Program-made: the position numbers and the translations under genes
Notes under the pieces: model-generated
Seen by the model: only the letters and a program-made list of their open reading frames with translations
Databases searched by the model: none
What the model was told of the DNA's origin: nothing
Part shown: one piece after another, positions 1 through 8,827 of the stretch
How the letters are laid out: every line of letters begins with the position of its first letter
How positions within the stretch are numbered: position 1 is the stretch's first letter
NCBI GenBank assembly: GCA_964357635.1
Contig: CAYHLZ010000003.1
Coordinates: forward strand, 1-42,377
DNA: 42,377 nt
Reading direction: 5' to 3'
From: an uncultured Candidatus Saccharibacteria bacterium
Lineage (GTDB): Bacteria; Patescibacteriota; Minisyncoccia; Phycocordibacterales; Zambryskibacteraceae

Positions 1-13
1 CACCAAAAGTTTT

Positions 14-796
14 TTACTGCTTCAGACCAAGTCCTGTGCGGATAAGATACCAGTTTAAAGCAATCAAAATCATAACAAAACTGAGAAGTACTCCAACAGA
101 GATAAATATAGAAACATCTGTTATGCCAAGAAAACCATATCTAAAACCATTTATAAGGTAAAAGAGCGGATTAGCGTAGGTTAGCGTCTGCCACCACTCA
201 GGTAAACTACTGACTGAATAAAAGATACCACCAAGATAAATGAGTGGGGTAAGAACAAATGTTGGCACGATGTTTATACCATCAACTGTTTTAGCATAAA
301 TACCATTAACCAACCCCGCAAGTGAAAAGACTAGTGCTGTTAAAACCGCAAAGCCAAAAATTATAAAAACACTGTGTATAGATAATTCTAATCCCGTAAA
401 GAAGACAGAGACCAACAAAACCAAGATTCCAACAATAACACCTCTCACAACTCCCCCGCCCACAAACCCAGCAATGAGAAGCCAAGGCGGAGTTGGTGAG
501 ACTAAAATCTCGTCAATTGAACGAGCAAAAAACTTGGAAGAAAAGAATGTAAAAGAGGTATTGGCATAAGCGCTGGTAACTATGGCAAGCATCACAAGTC
601 CAGGAACAACAAACTCCATATAACTTACACCCTGTATATCACCTATTTGAGAGCCGAGAATAGTTCCAAAAACAAGGAAATAGAGTATTGAGGTGATAAC
701 CGAGGGTAGAAAGGTTTGCACCCAGATGCGGAACATCCTGATAATGTCTTTGCGCACCATGGTATAGAAAGATGTCCAAAGTTTTTCTGGTGTCAT
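14..796 (-). CDS. ABC-2 type transporter permease
   Basis: 260-aa ORF with about six hydrophobic helices. Its start overlaps the stop of the upstream ABC ATPase gene by 4 nt (793-796), a typical exporter operon layout. Confidence 0.75.
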   Translation of the reverse strand: MTPEKLWTSFYTMVRKDIIRMFRIWVQTFLPSVITSILYFLVFGTILGSQIGDIQGVSYMEFVVPGLVMLAIVTSAYANTSFTFFSSKFFARSIDEILVSPTPPWLLIAGFVGGGVVRGVIVGILVLLVSVFFTGLELSIHSVFIIFGFAVLTALVFSLAGLVNGIYAKTVDGINIVPTFVLTPLIYLGGIFYSVSSLPEWWQTLTYANPLFYLINGFRYGFLGITDVSIFISVGVLLSFVMILIALNWYLIRTGLGLKQ

Positions 797-1557
797 TTTT
801 CTTTTGTTAGTTTAAGGAAAACTTCTTCCAACCTACCTCCACGGTAACCTTCTTTTTTCTCACCAGAATCTCCGTGCATAGAAATAAGTTCCTCAACACT
901 GCCGTTCGCCACGATTTCTCCTTTATTAATGATGGCAACATTTTTACAAAGTTGCTCTGCCTCTTCCAAGTAGTGTGTCGTGAGAAGTATTGTGAGCCCC
1001 TCTTTAGTAAGAGAGCGCAGATAATCCCACATACCACGACGAAGTTCCACATCTACACCAGCGGTTGGCTCATCAAGAATAAGAAACTCTGGTTCATGCA
1101 CCAAGGCTCTAGCAATCATAAGACGCCTCTTCATACCACCAGAAAGAGTCATGGCGCTTTGATTCATCTTGTCGGCAAGACCCAGGTCTTTAAGCACTTT
1201 CTCGGCTCTAGGCAGGGCCTCTCGCCTTTTTATACCGTAATAACCAGCCTGATTTACGACGATATCAATGGGCTTCTCAAATGGGTTGAAATTAACTTCT
1301 TGCCCAACAAGGCCAATCTTCGTCTTGGCAAGTTCTGTTTCTTCATCAATATCGTGACCAAAAATAGAAACTTTTCCAGAAGTTTTGTTTACCAAACCTG
1401 TAGCAATTCCTATTATCGTAGTTTTACCTGCGCCGTTTGGACCAAGTAGTCCAAAGAAATCTCCCACCGGCACATCTAGAGACACTCCCTTTAGCGCTTC
1501 TGTCCCGGTCTTGTATTTCTTTTTGAGATTTTCTATTTTAAGAGCGGGCGCGTTCAT
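793..1557 (-). CDS. ABC transporter ATP-binding protein
   Basis: Walker A GPNGAGKTT, ABC signature LSGGMKRR and Walker B FLILDEPTAGVD are all present. Confidence 0.9.
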   Translation of the reverse strand: MNAPALKIENLKKKYKTGTEALKGVSLDVPVGDFFGLLGPNGAGKTTIIGIATGLVNKTSGKVSIFGHDIDEETELAKTKIGLVGQEVNFNPFEKPIDIVVNQAGYYGIKRREALPRAEKVLKDLGLADKMNQSAMTLSGGMKRRLMIARALVHEPEFLILDEPTAGVDVELRRGMWDYLRSLTKEGLTILLTTHYLEEAEQLCKNVAIINKGEIVANGSVEELISMHGDSGEKKEGYRGGRLEEVFLKLTKEK

Positions 1558-1609
1558 TTTTTAAGTTTTTGCATTTTAACACAATTTAAGAGAGAATTAC
1601 CATTATCAA

Positions 1610-3541
1610 ATGCGGGAAGTAATAAAAGGAGAAAACAACACGCTTGAGGGTATAGTTCGCGTTACTGGTAAGGGCGTGGGCTATTTCCCTGTCCCAGACT
1701 CTGATGTGGATCTTGAAATACAGCCAGAATTTATAAAAACCGCCCTTAATAGAGACCGAGTAAAGATTGAGATACTTCCCAAAGAGGTCCTTGGAAGAAA
1801 ACAGGCAAAAGTGGTGGATATAGTTGAGAGGCACAAAACAGAGTTTGTTGGCACTCTAGAAAAAGCAAAAGATGGGTTTTTCCTGGTACCAGATGACAAA
1901 CGCATGTATCGAGACGTTTTTATTGTTGAAGGAAAAACAGCTGGAGCAAAAGAGGGAGAAAAGGTTCAAGCAAAGATTATTGAATGGTCTGACCCATTGA
2001 AAAGTCCTAAGGGTGAAATTATTAGGATTATTGGAAAAGCTGGAGAGCACAATGCTGAAATGCTTGGCATTGTATATGAGAGCGGATTTGAAGTAGACTT
2101 CCCCGCTGATGTAGAGAAAGAAGCAGAGGCTTGGAAAGAAAAATATAAAAAAGAGGACAAGCTCAAAGACCGCAAAGATTTTAGAGATAGAATTACTTTT
2201 ACTATAGATCCAGCTGATGCCAAAGATTTTGACGACGCTCTTTCTTTAAAGAAACTAGAAAATGGCGATTTTGAAGTGGGTATCCACATCGCTGATGTCT
2301 CTCATTTCGTAGTAGAAAAAACTGCCCTAGACCAAGAAGCCAAGAGGCGTGGCACCTCAATATATCTTGTTGACCGCACTATACCCATGCTCCCAGAGGT
2401 GCTATCAAACGACCTGTGTTCTCTTAACCCCAATGAGCCCAAATACGCCTTTTCTGCTGTCTTTGTAATGGATAAGGAGGCTAGAGTTAAAGAACGTTGG
2501 TTTGGTAAGACCCTTATTGAATCTAACAAACGCTTTGCCTACGAAGAAGCGCAAGAAATTTTAGAAAATGGTGAAGGCGTTTTGTTTGAAGAATTAAAGA
2601 TACTAAATGAGCTTGCAAAAAAACTTCGCAAAGAGAAGTTTGAAAAAGGTGCCATAGACTTTGAAACAGAAGAGGTTAAATTTGTACTTGATGACTTGGG
2701 TAAACCAGTGCGGGTTTACAAAAAAGAACGCAAGGATACCAACAAACTCATTGAGGACTTTATGCTACTTGCCAACCGAGAAGTGGCAACAGCAATGAAC
2801 ATTGCTAATGGGAAAAATAGTCGCGCCGCTTTTGTCTATAGAATACATGACGCTCCAGATAGAGAAAAGATTCTTAATCTTGCTACTTTTGTTAAGGCCC
2901 TTGGTTTTGAGTTAAAAAATAAGGATGGAGATACTACGGGAGAAAACATTGCAGCAATGCTCCGCTCGGTTCTAGGCACACCCGCGGAGATGCTTATTAA
3001 GACTGCTGCGGTAAGAGCGATGTCAAAAGCAGTCTACTCTACCTCAAACATTGGTCACTTTGGGTTAGCTTTTGAATATTACACCCACTTCACCTCCCCC
3101 ATACGCCGTTACCCAGATCTTATGGTGCACAGACTCCTACTGCGCTTTCTCTCCAACGGCAAGGTTGAGCAGGATGAGGTTATCAAGTATCAAAGACTTT
3201 GTGATGAGTCTAGTGAGCGTGAGGTAGAGGCGGCAGAAGCAGAACGAGCTTCTATAAAATACAAACAAGTTGAATACATGCAAGAACACATTGGTGAAGA
3301 ATTTGACGCTACTATATCTGGAGTTTCAGAGTGGGGTGTCTACGTTGAAGAGGTCAATACCAAAGCCGAAGGTATGGTAAAACTCCGAGACATGAAAGAT
3401 GATTTCTATGAACTTAATAAGAAACTTTACGCTATCATTGGTAAGAAAACTGGTAAAAAATATTCCTTAGGCGATAAAGCGCGGGTCAAACTCATAGCTT
3501 CTGACCCAGAGAGAAAAACTCTTGATTTCCAGTTTGTTTAA
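1610..3541 (+). CDS. rnr: Ribonuclease R (RNB-family 3'-5' exoribonuclease)
   Basis: RNB-domain motifs DPADAKDFDDALS and HFGLAFEYYTHFTSPIRRYPDLMVHR. The C-terminal region is S1-like (GVSEWGVYVEE...). Confidence 0.9.
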   Translation: MREVIKGENNTLEGIVRVTGKGVGYFPVPDSDVDLEIQPEFIKTALNRDRVKIEILPKEVLGRKQAKVVDIVERHKTEFVGTLEKAKDGFFLVPDDKRMYRDVFIVEGKTAGAKEGEKVQAKIIEWSDPLKSPKGEIIRIIGKAGEHNAEMLGIVYESGFEVDFPADVEKEAEAWKEKYKKEDKLKDRKDFRDRITFTIDPADAKDFDDALSLKKLENGDFEVGIHIADVSHFVVEKTALDQEAKRRGTSIYLVDRTIPMLPEVLSNDLCSLNPNEPKYAFSAVFVMDKEARVKERWFGKTLIESNKRFAYEEAQEILENGEGVLFEELKILNELAKKLRKEKFEKGAIDFETEEVKFVLDDLGKPVRVYKKERKDTNKLIEDFMLLANREVATAMNIANGKNSRAAFVYRIHDAPDREKILNLATFVKALGFELKNKDGDTTGENIAAMLRSVLGTPAEMLIKTAAVRAMSKAVYSTSNIGHFGLAFEYYTHFTSPIRRYPDLMVHRLLLRFLSNGKVEQDEVIKYQRLCDESSEREVEAAEAERASIKYKQVEYMQEHIGEEFDATISGVSEWGVYVEEVNTKAEGMVKLRDMKDDFYELNKKLYAIIGKKTGKKYSLGDKARVKLIASDPERKTLDFQFV

Positions 3542-5758
3542 CTACTTAGCTACCTCTACTGCTTCGTCAAAGGAGATGGAGAGAAGCTTAGAAATGCCGC
3601 TTGAACCCATGGTTACGCCGTATATAACACCAGCACGAGACATGGTTTCTCTATTGTGAGTAATCAAAATAAGTTGAGAATCCTTTGAGAGAATCTCAAC
3701 TAAATCTCCGTATTTCTTAGAATTAGATTCATCAAGTGCTGCATCTGTTTCGTCAAGAATTATAAAAGGTGGAGGATTGACTTGAGAAACCGCAAAAATA
3801 AGGGCGATAGAAGTAAGTGCTCTCTCACCGCCCGAGAGCATTATAAGAGAACGAATCTTTTTCTTTGGTAGATTAACTTTAATATCAAGACCTTCTTCGC
3901 TTTTCTCTTCTTCGACATCCACCTCCCCTTCTTCTAGGTCAGGTTTTTTAGGTTGTTCCTTGGTAAGAGTAAGATTTGCTTCTCCGCCACCAAACATAAC
4001 ATTAAAGAGCTTGTTAAATTCTTTATTAATCTTTTCTAATCCAGTACTAAATTCAACAGCCAAGCGTGTTTCAAGCTCTTTTATAAGCTCCGCAAGAGTT
4101 TCAGCAGATTTTTCTAGGTCTAGTAACTCTTTCTCAAGAAAGATGTCTCTTTCAGAAGTATCTTTGTATTCTTTAGCAACTTCTTCCATACCAGAAACAC
4201 TTGAATCTTCTAATCTAATCTTAAATTTCTCTATTTGATGTTTCTTTGCTTCCTGTGTCTTTCTGTCTTCTGGATTTACAGTTCGTGGCTTATCAGTAGA
4301 CGCCTTACTCTTATAGTTGGAAACCTCTGGTCCCGCCATGTGTTTCAACTCTTCCAGCTCGCGCCCAAACTCTTCTTCTTCTAAATTTAGTTTATCCTCT
4401 CGCATTTTCAAAAGATTAAGTTTGGAGAGAAGTTCGTTCTCTTCCGACATAATACGAAAGACTTCTTTCTCGGCATTGTGACCCGAATCCTTTTCGGTCT
4501 CTATCTCCTTCTTTAAGACCTCATATTTTTCTCGCAACTCTTTCTCTTTTTGGTCTGCTTCTTTAAACTTTTTATCCACCCCATCTCTATCTTTCAAATA
4601 ACCTTTCAGAGAAGTCTCTGCTTCTATTAAAACATTTGAATCTTGAGTTTCCCTCTTGCTCTTTAAAAACTCTGAGAATCTTCTCTTAATTCTCTCAAAA
4701 AGACCGTTGTCTTCTTTTTCTTTATTAATCTCGTTTGCTAGTTCCTCAACATCCTTAAGCCGAATCATCTTGTGCTCATCTGACAATACAAGCTCTTTTT
4801 GCTTGCGAATGATGCGTTCTTCGGCAGAGATTAAGCCCTCAACCTTACCAAGCTCTCGCGAGAGCGCATCTTTGCTCTCTCGGGTTTCAGCTAGCGCGCT
4901 TTCAAGCTCAAGGACGGCGTAGTCTCTCTTCTCTTTTTTGGCATTTTTCTCAAGAATTTTTTTGGCGAGGGATAATTCGTTTGCCAGTTTATCAAGTGCT
5001 GTTTTTATCGGTTTTTTTTCCGAAAGAATAGCTTCGCGGGAAAAAGTAATGTAAAAATCCTCATCTCTAAAATATTCTTTGGAAAGTGTGATGAGCTCTG
5101 TGCGCATGCCCTCCATTTTTTCAACCTTTTCAACCTGCTTTTTTAGAAATTTGAGATGTGGGGCAATCTCTTTTCTAAGAGCCTCAACTTGTGCAATATT
5201 TTCAAATGTCTTTTTTAACTTACGCTCGCTTTCAAGACGTTTGTATTGATAGAGCTTTAGCCCCAAAGCATCCTCAACCATACTTTTTCTCTCTTTTGGA
5301 TTGGCATTAAGAATTCTATCTGCTTCTCCTTGAGAGATGATGTGGTGGCCAGAGGCGCCAATATGGGCTCGACTAAGGAGCTCTAAAACATCTTTTAGAC
5401 GCACCACGGAACCATTTATAATATATTCGTTTAAACCATCACGATGAACGGTTCTCTCGATCGTTACTTCGGAAAAATCTATATCAAAAATCTTTTTAGT
5501 ATTATCAAAAACAACCTTAACTGATGCCCTATTGGCTCGCGGTTCACTCGTAGCACCATTCCAGATTAAATCCTCACCCCGCTTGCCACGCATACTTTTT
5601 ATAGATTGTTCTCCAAGTACAAAGCGAAAGGCTTCGGCCACGTTAGACTTACCAGAACCGTTTGGTCCCACGATGGCAGAAATCGGTGAGTTGAACTCAA
5701 AAGCATTCTTCTTGGCAAAAGATTTGAAGCCGGAGAGTTCTATTGATTTAAGATACAT
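3542..5758 (-). CDS. smc: SMC-family chromosome segregation ATPase, short form without a recognisable hinge
   Basis: N-terminus MYLKSIELSGFKSF with Walker A GPNGSGKSN. C-terminal head has LSGGERALT and Walker B FIILDETDAALD, with a long K/E-rich coiled coil between. It lies directly downstream of rnc, as in the Bacillus rnc-smc arrangement. Start placed at ATG 5758; the ORF extends to 5773. Confidence 0.8.
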   Translation of the reverse strand: MYLKSIELSGFKSFAKKNAFEFNSPISAIVGPNGSGKSNVAEAFRFVLGEQSIKSMRGKRGEDLIWNGATSEPRANRASVKVVFDNTKKIFDIDFSEVTIERTVHRDGLNEYIINGSVVRLKDVLELLSRAHIGASGHHIISQGEADRILNANPKERKSMVEDALGLKLYQYKRLESERKLKKTFENIAQVEALRKEIAPHLKFLKKQVEKVEKMEGMRTELITLSKEYFRDEDFYITFSREAILSEKKPIKTALDKLANELSLAKKILEKNAKKEKRDYAVLELESALAETRESKDALSRELGKVEGLISAEERIIRKQKELVLSDEHKMIRLKDVEELANEINKEKEDNGLFERIKRRFSEFLKSKRETQDSNVLIEAETSLKGYLKDRDGVDKKFKEADQKEKELREKYEVLKKEIETEKDSGHNAEKEVFRIMSEENELLSKLNLLKMREDKLNLEEEEFGRELEELKHMAGPEVSNYKSKASTDKPRTVNPEDRKTQEAKKHQIEKFKIRLEDSSVSGMEEVAKEYKDTSERDIFLEKELLDLEKSAETLAELIKELETRLAVEFSTGLEKINKEFNKLFNVMFGGGEANLTLTKEQPKKPDLEEGEVDVEEEKSEEGLDIKVNLPKKKIRSLIMLSGGERALTSIALIFAVSQVNPPPFIILDETDAALDESNSKKYGDLVEILSKDSQLILITHNRETMSRAGVIYGVTMGSSGISKLLSISFDEAVEVAK

Positions 5759-5763
5759 TTTCT

Positions 5764-6462
5764 TTATTTCCAACTCTTTGATTCAAGGGCGTCTTTCGCG
5801 GCTTCTTGTTCAGCATCTTGCTTGCTCTTACCCTCACCCTTACCAAACAATTCGCTACCCATATAAACTCCTACAGTAAAGTGTTTGTCGTGATCTGGCC
5901 CCGTCTCGCTCAAGGTTTTATAAACTGGTGTTGTGTTTAGGTGCTCTTGCGCCTTCTCTTGAAAAAGACTTTTAGAGTCTATCCAAGCACCTTTCTTTAG
6001 AATGTTACCAACTAGAGGCACTACATGAAGAATAATAAAATCCTTTGCACTCTCTAAACTTTGGTCAAGATAAATAGCGCCAATAATGGCTTCTAGGGTG
6101 TTGGCCAGAATGTATTGACGCGCTCTGCCAGTATCCTTTGACTCACCACGAGAAAGAAGTAGAAAGTCGTTAGTACCAAGCTTTTGCGCCACAAGACTAC
6201 AAGTATCGGCATTAACAAGCGCAGAGCGAAGAGAGGTTAGTTCTCCCTCATTTGAGTTCTTAAAGCTTTCATATAGATAGTCTGTAATAACTAATTCCAA
6301 GACAGCATCACCCAAGAATTCTAGTCTCTCGTTGTGTTCAAGTTTCAAGCCTCTATTTTCGTTTATATAAGAACGGTGCGTAAAAGCTTGTTTTAAAAGA
6401 GCTTTGTCTTTAAACGTTACGCCAGCAGTCTTTTCAAATTTTGAGAAGTCTATTTGATTCAT
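5764..6462 (-). CDS. rnc: Ribonuclease III
   Basis: RNase III signature ERLEFLGDAVLE plus a C-terminal dsRBD-like segment (GPDHDKHFTV...GEGKSKQDAEQEAA). Confidence 0.95.
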   Translation of the reverse strand: MNQIDFSKFEKTAGVTFKDKALLKQAFTHRSYINENRGLKLEHNERLEFLGDAVLELVITDYLYESFKNSNEGELTSLRSALVNADTCSLVAQKLGTNDFLLLSRGESKDTGRARQYILANTLEAIIGAIYLDQSLESAKDFIILHVVPLVGNILKKGAWIDSKSLFQEKAQEHLNTTPVYKTLSETGPDHDKHFTVGVYMGSELFGKGEGKSKQDAEQEAAKDALESKSWK

Positions 6463-7379
6463 TTGGATTCGGCTAGTTTTGTTATCGCTTTAGTGATGAT
6501 GGGCAAGATGTCGTCATAGAAGTTGAGGTCTAAAATGTCAGAGAGTTTAAACCACCTCACATCATCAAGTCCTCCTCCTTGTTCCTTATTTTCTAAAGAA
6601 AGTTCTTTAAACGGTGCTTCCGCAAGAAAATAACTAACTTGTTTTATTATTTTGCCATCTTCTGGGTGGTATGTTTGATATGAGTTCTCCCCCAATTTCT
6701 CAATAATCTTAACAGGAACCCCGAGCTCTTCTTCGGCTTCTCGACGCAGGCCCTCTTCTTCACTCTCATTACCTTCTAACTTGCCCTTGGTTAGAGTCCA
6801 GTGCCCAAAGACATCATGGACGAGGGCTAAATAAGTTTCTCCCTTGTGGTGAGCATACACAACAGCTCCCGCTAAGCGCTTAATAGGTAATTTGTCTAGA
6901 GGAATGTCACCGTATTTCTTTTTAGGTTTTGAGACATCAAACTTACCTGGTTCGCCCATCTCTTTATACACGGCACCTAAAACTCCGTTTACAAATCTGC
7001 CCGATGCTTCACCGCCAAAAGTTTTGGCAAGCTCTATGGCTTCGTTGATAGCCACCTTAGGTGGCACCTCCTTACGATCTGCAAAAAGTAGTTCGGCAAG
7101 ACCAATACGAAGAATGTTTCGGTCAACAACAGAAATTTTATCAAGTGGCCAATCAGGAGCTGCTTTCTCTATTAAAACATCCAAATCCTTCTTCTTCTCA
7201 AGCACTGTACGAAGCAGATTTTCTATAAAAGATTTGTCATTCGTACCTGGGGCGAATTCTTTTGTGACACGTTCAAGTATTGGAAATATTTCACCTTCTT
7301 TCTTGTTCTCAAAATCCCACTCAAATAGAGTCTGGAGAACGACTGACCTAGATAAATGCCGATTTGACATAAAGAACAA
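6459..7379 (-). CDS. nusB: NusB antitermination domain fused to a C-terminal Nudix hydrolase domain
   Basis: The first ~140 aa are NusB-like (AINEAIELAKTFGGEASGRFVNGVLG). The C-terminal ~140 aa carry a canonical Nudix box GKLEGNESEEEGLRREAEEELGV, encoded at 6717-6785. Confidence 0.8.
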   Translation of the reverse strand: MFFMSNRHLSRSVVLQTLFEWDFENKKEGEIFPILERVTKEFAPGTNDKSFIENLLRTVLEKKKDLDVLIEKAAPDWPLDKISVVDRNILRIGLAELLFADRKEVPPKVAINEAIELAKTFGGEASGRFVNGVLGAVYKEMGEPGKFDVSKPKKKYGDIPLDKLPIKRLAGAVVYAHHKGETYLALVHDVFGHWTLTKGKLEGNESEEEGLRREAEEELGVPVKIIEKLGENSYQTYHPEDGKIIKQVSYFLAEAPFKELSLENKEQGGGLDDVRWFKLSDILDLNFYDDILPIITKAITKLAESK

Positions 7380-7384
7380 AAGAA

Positions 7385-7594
7385 CTATTTTTTGTTGATT
7401 TTCTTGGCCTTCTTCTCAAGTTTAGCTGCTAAGTCAATAATCTTTTTTCCACGATACATGCCGGTAGTCTTAGAAAGCCTGTGTCTCAAATGAAAATTGC
7501 CTGACTCATCCTTGGATAGAGCGGGTCTGATTAGGGCGTGGTGAGATCTCCTGTTTTTGGTATGAGACCTCGTATGTCTCATTCGTACTGTCAT
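7385..7594 (-). CDS. rpmF: 50S ribosomal protein bL32
   Basis: 69-aa highly basic ORF. The N-terminus (RMRHTRSHTKNRRSHHAL...LRHRLSKTTGMYRGKKI) resembles bL32. Confidence 0.75.
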   Translation of the reverse strand: MTVRMRHTRSHTKNRRSHHALIRPALSKDESGNFHLRHRLSKTTGMYRGKKIIDLAAKLEKKAKKINKK

Positions 7595-7620
7595 ATAGTC
7601 ATTTTAACAGATAAATTAAC

Positions 7621-7667
7621 AAAAGGAAAGCCCCGCACCTCGTCCTTTTGGGATTTGGTGCGGGGCT
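7621..7667 (-). terminator. Rho-independent terminator downstream of the 7692-8135 gene
   Basis: 11-bp GC-rich stem (7629-7639 pairs with 7657-7667). On the minus strand it is followed by TTCCTTTT. Confidence 0.7.
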
Positions 7668-7691
7668 CAATGGGCTCGAGTGGATGGGTTA

Positions 7692-8135
7692 TCAGAAAAT
7701 ACCGAGAGTTCGACATGCTACCATATACATCTCCTGATGGCTATGGAACAGCGTGCGAGCCAAATCCTCGGCTCTAACCCAGTACGGCGCCGACAGTTCG
7801 TCGCCGTTGTCGTTCATGGGGGCCTCGCGAAGTTTGCCCCAGCAATCTTCGAAGTTCACCAGAAACCCATACTTGGTGTGCTCCGAGCTCACGTCTTTCT
7901 GCCAGATCCGTTCTGAGTTCAGGAAGATGAGTGACGATTCTTCCATGACCTCTCGGTCTCTCGTCGCGTCGACGGATTCATTCAGGTGCTCCTTGTTGGT
8001 GCCGCCGATGAACTTCGTCTGCAAATGGGTTTTCTTGCCCGTCCTCGGGTCGGTAGACTTGTAGTCAATCACGAGGAACTCCAGTTCTCCGTTCACACGG
8101 CGGTAAATCACGGTCCCTACGAAATGAGTGTGCAT
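7692..8135 (-). CDS. Divergent Nudix-like hydrolase in a high-GC single-gene cassette
   Basis: 147-aa ORF. It has a Nudix-box-like segment GGTNKEHLNESVDATRDREVMEESSL (7929-8006): E-x7-REVxEE is retained, the upstream G-x5-E spacing is off, and the box Gly is replaced by Ser. AGGAGG lies 6 nt before the ATG. Hand-counted G+C for 7741-7840 is 62/100. Confidence 0.5.
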   Translation of the reverse strand: MHTHFVGTVIYRRVNGELEFLVIDYKSTDPRTGKKTHLQTKFIGGTNKEHLNESVDATRDREVMEESSLIFLNSERIWQKDVSSEHTKYGFLVNFEDCWGKLREAPMNDNGDELSAPYWVRAEDLARTLFHSHQEMYMVACRTLGIF

Positions 8136-8187
8136 TACGCACCTCCTGTAAATGTACGAGATTCACCCTATGCGAACCTCTTTTTTA

Positions 8188-8217
8188 ATTATACCATAGA
8201 CAGTATTACTTTGTCAA
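8188..8217 (-). promoter_or_regulatory. Consensus sigma70-type promoter for the 7692-8135 gene
   Basis: The minus strand reads TTGACA-N18-TATAAT (-35 at 8212-8217, -10 at 8188-8193). The -35 overlaps the last codons of rnhB. Confidence 0.6.
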
Positions 8218-8790
8218 GTGTTTTAAAAAGGTCTGACGATGGGCTTCTGTTGAGCCATATTTTTGAATAGCCTTAAGATGCATGCTGGTGCCGTAACCTT
8301 TGTGAATATTGAAATCATATTTTGGGAACTTTTTTGAAAGTTTGACCATTTTGCGGTCGCGGGTAACCTTGGCCACGATAGAGGCAAGAGAAACAATAGG
8401 AATCTTCTCATCCCCTTTTATAACAGTTAGCTGGTGTCTAAATTCATGTGGTGCCTTTATGCCTCCGTCTAGAAAAACTTGGGAGTCAGTGGAAACCCTA
8501 AGTGCCTTTAGGGTCCTTTTAATACCAAGTCTAATAGCATAGGAAATGCCGTGTCTGTCTATCACTCTCTCCGAGACAAGTGAGACGGAGAAATCAAGCA
8601 TCTTTTTTTTCTTCGCCTCTAAAGCTAACTCAAACCACAGTTCCCTATCATTAGGAGAAAGTTTTTTTGAATCCTTAATACTTTTAAAAAAATTCTTATT
8701 GAAATCTAGTGGAACCGAGACCGCCCCCACTGCCACTGGTCCTGCAAGTGGTCCACGACCAGCCTCATCAATACCTATGACATAACTCAT
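8206..8790 (-). CDS. rnhB: Ribonuclease HII
   Basis: IGIDEAGRGPLAGPV catalytic motif near the N-terminus. Start placed at ATG 8790 (MSYVIGIDEAG); the ORF extends to 8826. Confidence 0.9.
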   Translation of the reverse strand: MSYVIGIDEAGRGPLAGPVAVGAVSVPLDFNKNFFKSIKDSKKLSPNDRELWFELALEAKKKKMLDFSVSLVSERVIDRHGISYAIRLGIKRTLKALRVSTDSQVFLDGGIKAPHEFRHQLTVIKGDEKIPIVSLASIVAKVTRDRKMVKLSKKFPKYDFNIHKGYGTSMHLKAIQKYGSTEAHRQTFLKHLTK

Positions 8791-8827
8791 GCGTTGTTTA
8801 AGATTATACATTATAATTGACGTCACA

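Noticed and set aside
874-1449. 191-aa plus-strand ORF inside the ABC ATPase gene
   Set aside because: It is antisense to a CDS that has all the ABC motifs. Its composition is low-complexity and Cys/His/Phe-rich, and it has no motifs of its own.
6892-7398. 168-aa plus-strand ORF over nusB
   Set aside because: It is antisense to the well-supported NusB-Nudix CDS. Its Ser/Phe-rich sequence is typical of shadow ORFs.
8789-8827. N-terminal extension of the dnaE ORF (MRCLRLYIIIDVT)
   Set aside because: The PHP domain starts at MSKFVHLHTHS (ATG 8828). The extension would overlap the longer rnhB ORF (8206-8826) on the opposite strand, which extends to 8826, and it is not conserved-looking.
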